Source: an uncultured archaeon
GTDB taxonomy: Archaea; Nanobdellota; Nanobdellia; Pacearchaeales; GW2011-AR1
Assembly (NCBI GenBank): GCA_903873955.1
Contig: CAIQQL010000042.1
Location: 1 to 44,099 of the forward strand
Direction: 5' to 3'
DNA: 44,099 bases
The translations under genes and the position numbers were made by a program. Under the pieces are notes generated by a model. That model searched no databases and was not told where the DNA came from. It saw only the letters and a program-made list of their open reading frames with translations. Each line of letters opens with the position of its first letter. The stretch's first letter is position 1. This document shows positions 16,988 to 25,999 of the stretch, in pieces.

Positions 16988-17581
16988 TTATTTTGCCTTA
17001 TTCCTTCTTTTTATCAATCTAATGACCAGATAGACTGCAAGAGCAACCAAGAGCGCCACAACAAAGGAATATTGCACCAGGACCAAGAGCTCATTCCAGG
17101 TATCCTTGAAATAATATCCAATTAAGGAGTACAGTAGTGCTGCGACCAACTGCCCGAGGATAACTGCGCTGATAAATTTCCTAGGCCTTAATTTTTCAAA
17201 ACCACTTAAGTAATTTATCGCCAGACCCAAACCGGTAAAAAGAAACCTACTGAGGAAGATGTACAAAAATCCGTGCTTGTTCAAATAGGATCTTGCTCGG
17301 CCCTCATTTTTATGATACCATCTGAATTTTTTTAGATATTTTCTCAAAGCGTTTGAAAATGTCCATGCCACAGAATACGTCAATAAGTCACCAAAAACAC
17401 TCGCTATCAAAACCAAAGCGATGAGAAAGAGCAGGCTATTGAAATTTATAGCAAAGGAAGCAAAGGAAGCGACTAACACCTCTATTTCTGGAACGATGAC
17501 TATGGAGGAGGCCATAACCAGTATAAAAAGAGTAAAAAGGCTATAGGGGCTATTGAAAATAGCAGTAAGAAAAAGAACCAT
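16988..17581 (-). CDS. DedA/VTT-domain-like membrane protein
   Basis: FGDLLTYSVAW...YLNKHGFLYIFLSRFLF.GLGLAINYLSG resembles the DedA (SNARE-associated) core. I prefer ATG 17581 (TAATG overlap with the upstream gene stop) to the tracked TTG at 17623. Confidence 0.5.
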   Translation of the reverse strand: MVLFLTAIFNSPYSLFTLFILVMASSIVIVPEIEVLVASFASFAINFNSLLFLIALVLIASVFGDLLTYSVAWTFSNALRKYLKKFRWYHKNEGRARSYLNKHGFLYIFLSRFLFTGLGLAINYLSGFEKLRPRKFISAVILGQLVAALLYSLIGYYFKDTWNELLVLVQYSFVVALLVALAVYLVIRLIKRRNKAK

Positions 17582-17931
17582 TATCTTACCAAGCTGTTTA
17601 ATTCCTCTTTTACTGAGAGACAATCAAGTTTATTTTTAGTGCAAAGATTCGTTAAAGAAGTCATTAAATTTTCATCAGTAGGAGAGATGCTTAGCTCTTG
17701 AAACAATTGCGATTTGGAGATGTTAAAATGTCTTAGGATCGTGTTAGGAGTCATCCAAAGTTCGATAGCAGGAGAGTGGTTTTCTTTGAAATAGCTCTGA
17801 TGACTTCTCCAGGAATGATAAGTGTTCACGGAAGTGCTTACCAGAAAGATAACCAGGATGAGTAGACAAACCAGAACCATTGCATAGATGAAAATGTAAG
17901 GTTTCTGTCTTGGCACCTTCTTTTTTTTCAT
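17581..17931 (-). CDS. small N-terminally anchored hypothetical protein
   Basis: MKKKKVPRQK followed by the TM IFIYAMVLVCLLILVIFLV. It is translationally coupled to the DedA-like gene. Confidence 0.4.
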   Translation of the reverse strand: MKKKKVPRQKPYIFIYAMVLVCLLILVIFLVSTSVNTYHSWRSHQSYFKENHSPAIELWMTPNTILRHFNISKSQLFQELSISPTDENLMTSLTNLCTKNKLDCLSVKEELNSLVR

Positions 17932-18058
17932 ATACCCTTAAGGCCTTGGTGATATAAAAGCTTGATGTTTCACACCTTCCAAATAAGTGATTCCCGCTTC
18001 TAATCGCAATCAGCATTGTTAACAAAAAGCTTAAGTATTATTGTCAATAAATAGAGCC

Positions 18059-18778
18059 ATGGACAATTTTATCATCTTTCTTGCATTGATAACCTTCTGC
18101 TCTACCCTTATCGGAGGGGCAGTGATCATCAAGTTCAAGAAATATCTTCCCTATTTCTTTGCATTTGCTGCCGGAAGTCTGATTGCTGTCTCTTTCTTGG
18201 ATCTCCTGCCTGAGAGTCTGGAACTCTCAAACAGCATAGGCCTTCCGATACGAAACATCATGCTAGTCATCGTGTTTTCCTTCTTTTTTTATAGTTTTCT
18301 TGAAAGATTCTTCTTGACCCACCCTGCAGAAGGGCATGAAGGCCATAATCACATCATGGGTCCGATTGGCGCAGGAAGCCTGGTGATCCATAGCTTTTTG
18401 GATGGTATCGCAATTGGCGCCGCATTTCACGTAAATCCCGCGATAGGTTCGATAGTTGCCCTTGCAGTCATCTCCCATGATTTCACCGATGGCATCAATA
18501 CAGTTGCAGTCATGTTGAAGAATAAGCAGACCACCCGAAGAGCAATAACATTCCTCATCTTTGACGCCTTAGCCCCGGTTATAGGTGTAGTGGCAGCGAC
18601 TGCTTTGGATATACCTCAGACTGTATTGGCTTTGATATTGGCATTTTTTGTAGGAGAGTTCCTTTATATCGGCGCAGCAACTCTGTTCCCTGAAACCAGA
18701 AAAGAGATGTCCAAGGGAATAATCCTGGCCATGGCATTAGGCATCATCGTCATCACCATATTAACTTCCTTGATCTAA
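18059..18778 (+). CDS. ZIP-family divalent metal transporter (ZupT-like)
   Basis: HSFLDGIAIGAAF and HDFTDGI metal-binding helix motifs and a His-rich loop HPAEGHEGHNH. I prefer ATG at 18059 to the tracked TTG at 18041. Confidence 0.75.
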   Translation: MDNFIIFLALITFCSTLIGGAVIIKFKKYLPYFFAFAAGSLIAVSFLDLLPESLELSNSIGLPIRNIMLVIVFSFFFYSFLERFFLTHPAEGHEGHNHIMGPIGAGSLVIHSFLDGIAIGAAFHVNPAIGSIVALAVISHDFTDGINTVAVMLKNKQTTRRAITFLIFDALAPVIGVVAATALDIPQTVLALILAFFVGEFLYIGAATLFPETRKEMSKGIILAMALGIIVITILTSLI

Positions 18779-18818
18779 GTCAAAACATAAGTCTGGCCAG
18801 ATAAAATAACAGCTGGTT

Positions 18819-19457
18819 CTAGAACCCTAAAACTTCGTTAATTAAAATAAGATGAATCCTATTTTGAGAAGACTCCTTATTGATTATCAAGAGTTTGTTC
18901 ACATTGCTCCCTACACCATATGCTTTTTTCGCACGGGCATCCTCCAGAGGGAGCACATAATCGTAGAGCCTTTTCATCCCCTCTTCAAGAGTAGAAACAA
19001 TTTTCTGCGTCCCCACGACCCAAATGACCTGATCTGCCCCATATGCATAGGCAGGAAGCTGACTTCCCGATGCTGACGCGATAATTGCTTCTCCTTTTTC
19101 GGTTAATGCATGGATGCTCCCAATAGCATAAGAAGGCGCAGCACCCAACTGCTTCATCACATGACCTTGTTTATCCTTGTCCATAGTTGAAAACTTCTTC
19201 CTTACCGTATCAAAGTTACCGGACTCTTCAATCTCCTTCAAAATTCCCGTCTCTTCCAACGTTCTTGAACTCATGGTCATTATCTCTGAACCTTTTGGGA
19301 TTATTGAGATCACTTTATTCTTTGCTTCTTCAGACGACCCGACAAAGTAAGGGATGATACCCTTCTCCTTCAAAGACTGCATAGTCCTCTCCACAGCCTC
19401 TTTACTTGCAAGCACATTCCAGGAAGTACGGGCATCAGATTTCTTTTTAATAACCAT
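18819..19457 (-). CDS. LUD-domain (LutC/YkgG-like, DUF162) protein
   Basis: The length and C-terminal pattern IGSIHALTEKGEAIIASASGSQLP...DQVIWVVGTQKIVSTLEEGMKRL...KLLIINKE...HLILINEVLGF resemble LUD-domain proteins. No LutA/LutB partners lie nearby. Confidence 0.5.
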   Translation of the reverse strand: MVIKKKSDARTSWNVLASKEAVERTMQSLKEKGIIPYFVGSSEEAKNKVISIIPKGSEIMTMSSRTLEETGILKEIEESGNFDTVRKKFSTMDKDKQGHVMKQLGAAPSYAIGSIHALTEKGEAIIASASGSQLPAYAYGADQVIWVVGTQKIVSTLEEGMKRLYDYVLPLEDARAKKAYGVGSNVNKLLIINKESSQNRIHLILINEVLGF

Positions 19458-19591
19458 CACTTATCGAGGTTAAACCTCTATTTAAAACCCTCGGCTATCC
19501 AATCTCTCCATGGACCCCCGAGGATCCTAACCCCTAAATAATCTAAACTCCTCTTCGAGAAAATACTTAACTTTCAGAAGATTTAAAAGCA

Positions 19592-20641
19592 ATGAGTCTT
19601 AGTAAAAACATGGATGAATCAACTCCGATTAAGGAAGTAAGTACGCCCGTATCTCAGAAAGTTTCTTTTCTTGATTCTATGAAAGCTAATCTTTGGATGC
19701 CTGCAACAATCATACTTGCAGTTGTCTTGATTATAGTCTTGGTCTTTTTTGTTGGGAAGCCCGGAGCAGCAGTTAGCGGAAATACAGTCAACGCCAATAC
19801 GAATGATTTAAGTCAAACAACTATTGGTCAAAAGGGAGTTGAATTCATCAATGCACAGCTTATGAGGGGGAATGATAGCGTAACCTTGGATTCAGTTAGT
19901 GATATGGGGGCTTATTATGAAGTGATGGTCAACTATAACAACCGAAAAGTCCCAGCTGATTTCAGCAAGGATGGAAAATACTTCTTTGCCCAGGTCATCC
20001 CACTCAATGCCACATTACCTAAGACCGATACTACTACAACAGCTTCTGCTCCTACGACCCCTGTTCAGATTGAGATAGGAAACTCACCAAAGATTGGAAA
20101 TAGTTCTGCTCCAGTCACCGTAGTTGAATTTTCAGACTTCTCATGCCCATTCTGTGGCGCGGCCTCTGGCCAGGCAGCTGATTTAGTGGCTTATATGAAA
20201 AACAATGACCCTACTTGGGAAGCACCTGTTCCAGGGATTATGAAAGATTATGTTCAAACGGGAAAAGTACAATTTGTCTATAAGTATGCCTTTGGTCACA
20301 CTGGCGGGCATAGTGCAAGTTCGGTCGGCTGGTGTCTTTATGACCAAAATGCGAGCCTTTACTGGACATTCTATGATCAGGCGTTTGCCCATCAAGCAGA
20401 TGTTGAAAGCCTAGACAAGATGAAAGCACTGGCTCAAACTCTTGGTGCGGATATGACCTCATTGAATTCCTGCTTAACTGCCAAGACCCATGATGCCCAA
20501 TTTGATACTGAAGCGGCTCAGGCAACTGCTGCCGGCGTCTCAGGCACCCCTGCATTCTTTGTCAATGGCAAGCTTACAGAAGGTGCAGTTTCCTATCCTA
20601 CACTTAAAGCATCAATTGATGCAGCCCTTGCAGGTAATTAG
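19592..20641 (+). CDS. membrane-anchored DsbA-like thiol:disulfide oxidoreductase
   Basis: N-terminal TM (ATIILAVVLIIVLVFFV), a T-rich linker, and a thioredoxin-fold active site VVEFSDFSCPFCGAA (CPFC). Confidence 0.75.
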   Translation: MSLSKNMDESTPIKEVSTPVSQKVSFLDSMKANLWMPATIILAVVLIIVLVFFVGKPGAAVSGNTVNANTNDLSQTTIGQKGVEFINAQLMRGNDSVTLDSVSDMGAYYEVMVNYNNRKVPADFSKDGKYFFAQVIPLNATLPKTDTTTTASAPTTPVQIEIGNSPKIGNSSAPVTVVEFSDFSCPFCGAASGQAADLVAYMKNNDPTWEAPVPGIMKDYVQTGKVQFVYKYAFGHTGGHSASSVGWCLYDQNASLYWTFYDQAFAHQADVESLDKMKALAQTLGADMTSLNSCLTAKTHDAQFDTEAAQATAAGVSGTPAFFVNGKLTEGAVSYPTLKASIDAALAGN

Positions 20642-20659
20642 TTATTTTTTGATTCTTTT

Positions 20660-21193
20660 TTAAAGACGCTTTGAAGAGATTGCCTCATAAACCTTTTGGG
20701 TCAGAGGCATGATGAGTGGATCCTTTTTTCGCCTAAGAAACTTCACAATCACCACTTCACGTTTTTCTTCTTCATATAATGAAATTGTGTGGATTGGTAT
20801 AAATCCCAATGATTGCATAAAGACCAGAAGCTGGTGCCGTTCCTCACGAACATCCCCAATAAGAGCATCATAGTTACCTTGCGCTTCAACTTCAAGCTGC
20901 CTGACCATGAACCTGGCAAAGTCCCTGCCCCTATACTGATCATGAATTCTCAGATTTTTAATCTCCAGCAAAGAGGTAACGGTCTTGTGGGGTTGAAAGA
21001 CCAAGTTCCCTGCCAATCTCCCTCCGCTATAAGCCAAGATACTTCCTTTATAGCCGGCAGCAAGTTCAGTGCGTGCCCGGTCTACCCACTCATGATATCG
21101 GGGATACCCTAAATCCTGCCTGTGCATAAATGCTATCAGGTCACCAAGTTCATGACTGTCCCGCAAGGTAGTAAAATGAAAATCAAAAGACAT
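20660..21193 (-). CDS. GNAT-family N-acetyltransferase
   Basis: Acetyl-CoA motif A-like IKNLRIHDQYRGRDFARFMVRQLE and a typical GNAT length (177 aa). Confidence 0.55.
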   Translation of the reverse strand: MSFDFHFTTLRDSHELGDLIAFMHRQDLGYPRYHEWVDRARTELAAGYKGSILAYSGGRLAGNLVFQPHKTVTSLLEIKNLRIHDQYRGRDFARFMVRQLEVEAQGNYDALIGDVREERHQLLVFMQSLGFIPIHTISLYEEEKREVVIVKFLRRKKDPLIMPLTQKVYEAISSKRL

Positions 21194-21248
21194 CTAGTAG
21201 AAAGCCAAGCAATTATTATAAAGATTTATGTCATAAGGGAAAAATAAA

Positions 21249-21270
21249 ACCCTTACAGATCTGTAAGGGT
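21249..21270 (-). terminator. perfect 22-bp palindrome followed by a T-rich run (terminator-like) downstream of 21290..21490
   Basis: ACCCTTACAGAT/ATCTGTAAGGGT is self-complementary. On the minus strand it is followed by TTTATTTTTCC. Confidence 0.45.
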
Positions 21271-21289
21271 CATAAAAAAATTAAAAGAA

Positions 21290-21490
21290 TTATCTCCTTC
21301 TTTTTGCTTTTTGTTTAGGCAGGTCCTTGCACCATTTGCATTCAGTACCAACCCAAGTTATCAAGATAACAAACAATGCTGAGATGATGATAATGCTTTT
21401 CGACAAACCTTCATTAACTAGGTCTGGCCAAAAAGTAAAAATCAAAACGAATGCAGCAAATATAGTTATTCCTATTTTAGCACAGGTCAT
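21290..21490 (-). CDS. small 2-TM membrane protein
   Basis: 66 aa with two hydrophobic helices and a CKWCK motif plus a basic tail. Confidence 0.35.
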   Translation of the reverse strand: MTCAKIGITIFAAFVLIFTFWPDLVNEGLSKSIIIISALFVILITWVGTECKWCKDLPKQKAKRRR

Positions 21491-21553
21491 TTTTCCCTCC
21501 TTTAGGTAGGATACCCATCCGCGTTTATTAACTTTATCCTTACTTAAAACCAG

Positions 21554-22294
21554 TTACAATTGAAAGATAAAGCCATTTCTACTCCAAAACCAAAGGGGAG
21601 GATGCATGTCGATGGGATTGATTCCTGAACCTTTAAGGGCCAGTCTCCATCGTTCGGATATCCTTTCTTTTGAAAGGCTCTTTGCCTCATCAAGGGTTAT
21701 CACGCCTAAACGCACTGAACCTTGGGTGATATGCGTATCTGGCGCAATTTCGATATACTCCCTGCTTGCGAGAGGGACATGCCCGTACTCGCAGAGAATA
21801 AACGCCCAGTAATTAAAAATCTTGGGTCCAGAAAGATAAGGGAACCCTTTTTTATAGGTTTGCTGCACTATCTCCTTAAGCTGGAGATAATCTGTATTGG
21901 AAGTTAAGATCAGGTTTTGAAAGGAACCAAAATTGTAGGCAATAGTTTTTGCAAGAGTCTGCCATGTTTCAATGTGCTTGTTAGGCTGCAAAGCAAGACG
22001 GTATTTTAATAGCGACTCCCGCAGGGCATCTTTGTCCATCTTGGCAACAACGGAAATATCAAAGACCTCCTTTGTTGCCGGGTCCAGATAGGTCTTCAAC
22101 GCAGATTCCCACAGTTTATAACTGTCTCTTTGATAATTGAGAGCCATAGGAAGTGAAAAATAAGAAAGTCTTCTTTCCTGCTCAGAGGGTAAAAACATCG
22201 GGCTTGTATCCTCAGGCATTTTTGTCTGCCCAAGTTTACCTGATCTGAACGCTTCAATAAGTCTTGAACATTTCTCGATAAAAAGCCGGTCCAT
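21554..22294 (-). CDS. HhH-GPD-superfamily DNA-glycosylase-like protein (divergent)
   Basis: PYLSGPKIFNYWAFIL (helix-hairpin-helix-like GPK hairpin) is followed about 20 aa later by IEIAPDTHITQGSVRLGVI, which parallels the EndoIII/AGOG 'v.vDtHv.Rv..RLG.i' catalytic-Asp block. C-terminal INPIDMHPPLWFWSRNG resembles the AGOG C-terminus. Confidence 0.45.
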   Translation of the reverse strand: MDRLFIEKCSRLIEAFRSGKLGQTKMPEDTSPMFLPSEQERRLSYFSLPMALNYQRDSYKLWESALKTYLDPATKEVFDISVVAKMDKDALRESLLKYRLALQPNKHIETWQTLAKTIAYNFGSFQNLILTSNTDYLQLKEIVQQTYKKGFPYLSGPKIFNYWAFILCEYGHVPLASREYIEIAPDTHITQGSVRLGVITLDEAKSLSKERISERWRLALKGSGINPIDMHPPLWFWSRNGFIFQL

Positions 22295-22352
22295 CACAAT
22301 CCTATTGCGCGCTACCTAATAAATTCTTTGAAAACTAAATCAGAATCACCCT

Positions 22353-22586
22353 CTACTTTTTCTGCATAAAACTCCAAAGGGAGTACACCAGAATAAGCAC
22401 GACCACTGCAAGAGACAAGGGCAAGGGATGAAATGCAAACTGTGCCCAGGAAGGAGGAGGACAGTCGCATAAATGGCCCGAAGCACAATTGCAGTTCATT
22501 CTCGCGCTTCCCGCAATCAGATAATTAGTCAAAATGCATAAAATCAAGGAGATGAATAATTTCCAGGGCGTAGGTTTAAGATTCAT
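22353..22586 (-). CDS. small Cys-rich 2-TM membrane protein
   Basis: I prefer ATG 22586 to the tracked TTG 22604. The loop between the two TM helices reads MNCNCASGHLCDCPPP. Confidence 0.35.
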   Translation of the reverse strand: MNLKPTPWKLFISLILCILTNYLIAGSARMNCNCASGHLCDCPPPSWAQFAFHPLPLSLAVVVLILVYSLWSFMQKK

Positions 22587-22672
22587 CAAACAAGCAATTT
22601 TCAAAACTATAAATAGTTACTTATTACTCCCAGTTATTTAACATCCATATGTCAACAACAGTGACTGAAGAA

Positions 22673-23086
22673 CTAGGATGTCCTTTGCAATTGCGCAAGA
22701 AAATCAACCCCTCTTCGCCCAAGACGTTTAAATACTGGATAGACCATGTTCAGATTGTTCATCTGCGCAGCATGCTCTAGGGAGGTTTCACGCAAAGAAA
22801 AGCCTGCCCGATCACCTACTTTTTCCATCACCCAAATGTTTCTTTCTGGATCCTCAGAAGTCACCGTCACAACAAGATTGAAAGGCTGACCGGGTCTGAG
22901 CGTAGCGATACTATGGGAGACCATCAGTAAATATTCAGGGGTCTGCTCTTCAAAATAAGCGAACTGCCGGGTGTTGCCTAACACACTAGGGGTGGATTGG
23001 ATGCCTGCATTAAACGCCCTTAATCGTTGGTACACATCAATTGGCTCATATATCCCTACTCTTGTCAGTGTCGTTATTCCAGTCAT
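22673..23086 (-). CDS. hypothetical soluble protein (137 aa)
   Basis: Clean ATG-started ORF with normal amino-acid composition. I recognise no motif. Confidence 0.4.
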   Translation of the reverse strand: MTGITTLTRVGIYEPIDVYQRLRAFNAGIQSTPSVLGNTRQFAYFEEQTPEYLLMVSHSIATLRPGQPFNLVVTVTSEDPERNIWVMEKVGDRAGFSLRETSLEHAAQMNNLNMVYPVFKRLGRRGVDFLAQLQRTS

Positions 23087-23202
23087 TGTCTAGGTTCAGA
23101 AACAGTCTGAGGCTGATCACCTCAAGAAAATAAAATCATTTTTGATTAATAAATGCTTTGTCTAGGAATATAACCGGAGAGCCAATACATGAAGAGGAGT
23201 TA

Positions 23203-24036
23203 TTACTCTTTTTGAAGCTCATAACCTTGATAGGGCATCTCCTTACCCTGATAGAGAACAAAGGGGTTGCCATCCGGATGGAATTTATCCTGATGCAAAG
23301 CAAATTCTCCATGAGATATCGCTCTGAGAGCAAAGCGTAGGGAAGGCCAGTCACTGCTTTCCTTCTGAAAATTTTGATGCTTGCCCGCCTCGTTTTGAGT
23401 TATAGGGCGGTCACCAGCATAGGCAATTGATGGTCCCGTGACCAGAATTGCACCAGCATCAGTCTCTGGATCTACCAAAATAATCGAAGACCTCGTCATT
23501 GTCTCACCGGCATGCAATGCGTCAAACACAGCATTTTCACCAATGTAGGTTCTTGAGCCGTCAGGATTAAGTTTTCCAAGATAAGCAGGATGGACATTGA
23601 TCGCACGGTTAGTAAACCTTCGTTGCAATGCTCCTTTGAATAACCTCATATACCCTGCTAGCAACGCCAAATCAAAAACGAAACCTTTTTCTTCCTCAAA
23701 CCCTGCCACCAATCGAAGCAGTTCATGATTATAGACCTGTGATTTCTGTTCATAGGCAACCCTCCCTTCAATGGTTTGCTGGGCAGTTTTCCAGCTCCCA
23801 CACCATTCAAGACCTGGAAGAGTACGGTGGGCAATCCCATATTCTTTGGCATATCTAATTGCACCGATAGTCTCGCCTTTCTTTGTTTCCTTGTCAGTCA
23901 CCAAAAGGTCGATAGAGAAATTACTGCCCGGTAACCTCGACTCCAAGACCGCTTCCCTAAAATTCGTCCCGCTGCCTGATGCGAATGCGACCACTCTCAT
24001 CGTGCCACGAGCCGGATCAAAGATCATTTCACCCAT
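23203..24036 (-). CDS. purN: phosphoribosylglycinamide formyltransferase (PurN-like) with a C-terminal extension
   Basis: VVAFASGSGTNF, LAGYMRL and INVHPAYL (with an insertion before the second half), then ILVDPETDAGAIL. I prefer ATG 24036, 1 nt after the TAA of the upstream gene, to the tracked GTG at 24075. Confidence 0.75.
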   Translation of the reverse strand: MGEMIFDPARGTMRVVAFASGSGTNFREAVLESRLPGSNFSIDLLVTDKETKKGETIGAIRYAKEYGIAHRTLPGLEWCGSWKTAQQTIEGRVAYEQKSQVYNHELLRLVAGFEEEKGFVFDLALLAGYMRLFKGALQRRFTNRAINVHPAYLGKLNPDGSRTYIGENAVFDALHAGETMTRSSIILVDPETDAGAILVTGPSIAYAGDRPITQNEAGKHQNFQKESSDWPSLRFALRAISHGEFALHQDKFHPDGNPFVLYQGKEMPYQGYELQKE

Positions 24037-24037
24037 C

Positions 24038-25999
24038 TTAAAAGGTAAGTTCGGGCTCTTTTGAAGAGCCGACACCTTTATTTTTGATTAGGATACCCGT
24101 TCTCTTTGTTATTTTTCCCGCACATCTGGCTTCGATGCCGTGCTCTTGCGCAAGTTTCAGCACTTTCTCGGGCTCAGGCGTGATGACCAGCATGCCGTTC
24201 CCCATATTCCAAGTCCTATATGCCTCAGCATCTTTGATATTCCCTAACTTTTGGCAGTGCAACATAATAGGGGCTGGCTCAAACAAGTCACCCAAATCAG
24301 CACCAAGACCGCTTGGCTTGAGAATCCTCCCCAGCTTCCCCGGAATGCCTCCGCCCGTTACATGCACAACCCCGTGAAGTTTCGCTTTCGCTTCTTTTGA
24401 GATCCCTCCATGCATATCCACAATTGCATTGCAGTAAATCTTTGAGGGTGTCAGTGCCAATTTACCAAGAGAATTGCCGTTAAAATCCGTCAAATGCCAG
24501 TCTTCTCCATAGGCTTGCTTAAAGACCTTCCTGGCCAGAGAAAGCCCATTGGACCTGAATCCTGCTTCCTTCAATGCAACAACAGCATCTCCTTCTTTTA
24601 TTTCAGACCCTGTGAACAACTTGCCCTTATTTGCAAACCAGACAAGACCCGCACCCCAGTTATAATGAAAGTCTCCAAACCCTCCAACCTGGGCCCCAAG
24701 CTCAGCGAGTTCGCCATTGATGATCGCTACATTCGCCGCTTTTGCAGCATCAACATATCCTCTGGCCAACTGGAGCATCTGGACAATCTTGGAGTTATCA
24801 TCAGAGCCCAACGAGTTTACATCTAAGATTGAACCGACGAGCACAGGTTCCCCGCCCCTGACTACCGCATCATCACACACCATCGCTAAAAGGTCAAATG
24901 CGATCGTACTATGGTCGTTTAGCCTTTCAGCTATCTCGACTTTGGTGCCAATGCCATCAAATCCTAAGCACATCATGGTCCCTGCTGGAAGCCCGCTCAC
25001 ATCAATCATCCTTAATCCCGAGAAATCATCAAAGGGGACAATGACCTCGCCAAGCAGACCTTTCCGGTTCTGCCAAGTCTGCTTTGCAGCATGATACAGG
25101 ATTTTGGATGCGTCATCTCCCAACTCAATGTTGACCCCCGCATCAGCATAACTAAGCGCATCATTCTTTAACTCCCTGGAAAGCATCGGATGCTCAAGGA
25201 CATAATTTACAGCATTACGAAAAAGAGTCAAGGCCGGTTCGTAAAACTCAGGGATCTCGCGATGCTGTCTTCTGAGACTTTCCCGGACATTATGAAAATC
25301 AGGGGCATTTGCAAAAAATAGGGCCCGTTCAGGATGAGGCATCATCCCCAGGATTCTCCCGCTTTTATCGCAGATCGCGGCAATATCACTTACAGACCCG
25401 TTAGGGTTGTAAGGAAAGACCCCATCTGCAAGATCCCCATTCTGCAGGGCATATCTGAACACAATCTGCTTATTTTCTGACAGTTCCTTGAGCACCTCGC
25501 TTGTCGCATAAAACTTGCCTTCGCCATGGGCCACAGGGACATGAAGGATATCAAGATTTTTTGCAAAGACGCTGAGGTCACTTTGTTTTTTCAGGTGCAC
25601 CCATCGGCATTCATACCTTGCAGAGTTGTTGAATGTCAATGCCACTTCCCTTTCCCCATAATTGTTCTTCAGGGCAGGCAAAAGACCGAGATTCACCAGT
25701 ATCTGAAAACCGTTGCAGATGCCAATAATCAGCTTTTCTGCCTCAATGAACTCCAGCAGTTCCTTAAAAATATTCAGTCGTATCTTATTTGCCATGGCGA
25801 TGCCTGAGCCCGTATCATCACCGTAAGAAAACCCTCCTGGAAACACAAGGACCTGATAATCCTTAAGACTCTTTTCCCCGTTGATCAGGTCATTGATATG
25901 AACGATATCCGCTTCTGCGCCAGCCAACTCAAAAGTGAACTTCGTCTCCCGTTCGCAATTAATGCCATATCCTGATAAGACTAACACTTTTGGTTTCAT
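24038..25999 (-). CDS. purQ-purM: fusion protein: FGAM synthase glutaminase (PurQ-like) N-terminal domain plus AIR synthetase (PurM) C-terminal domain
   Basis: The N-terminal ~280 aa carry the triad context GICNGFQ...HGEGKF...MPHPER. From about LSYADAGVNIELGDD onward the sequence follows PurM (FDGIGTKVEIAE...DLLAMVCDDAVVRGGEPV...HVTGGGIPGK). Confidence 0.85.
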   Translation of the reverse strand: MKPKVLVLSGYGINCERETKFTFELAGAEADIVHINDLINGEKSLKDYQVLVFPGGFSYGDDTGSGIAMANKIRLNIFKELLEFIEAEKLIIGICNGFQILVNLGLLPALKNNYGEREVALTFNNSARYECRWVHLKKQSDLSVFAKNLDILHVPVAHGEGKFYATSEVLKELSENKQIVFRYALQNGDLADGVFPYNPNGSVSDIAAICDKSGRILGMMPHPERALFFANAPDFHNVRESLRRQHREIPEFYEPALTLFRNAVNYVLEHPMLSRELKNDALSYADAGVNIELGDDASKILYHAAKQTWQNRKGLLGEVIVPFDDFSGLRMIDVSGLPAGTMMCLGFDGIGTKVEIAERLNDHSTIAFDLLAMVCDDAVVRGGEPVLVGSILDVNSLGSDDNSKIVQMLQLARGYVDAAKAANVAIINGELAELGAQVGGFGDFHYNWGAGLVWFANKGKLFTGSEIKEGDAVVALKEAGFRSNGLSLARKVFKQAYGEDWHLTDFNGNSLGKLALTPSKIYCNAIVDMHGGISKEAKAKLHGVVHVTGGGIPGKLGRILKPSGLGADLGDLFEPAPIMLHCQKLGNIKDAEAYRTWNMGNGMLVITPEPEKVLKLAQEHGIEARCAGKITKRTGILIKNKGVGSSKEPELTF

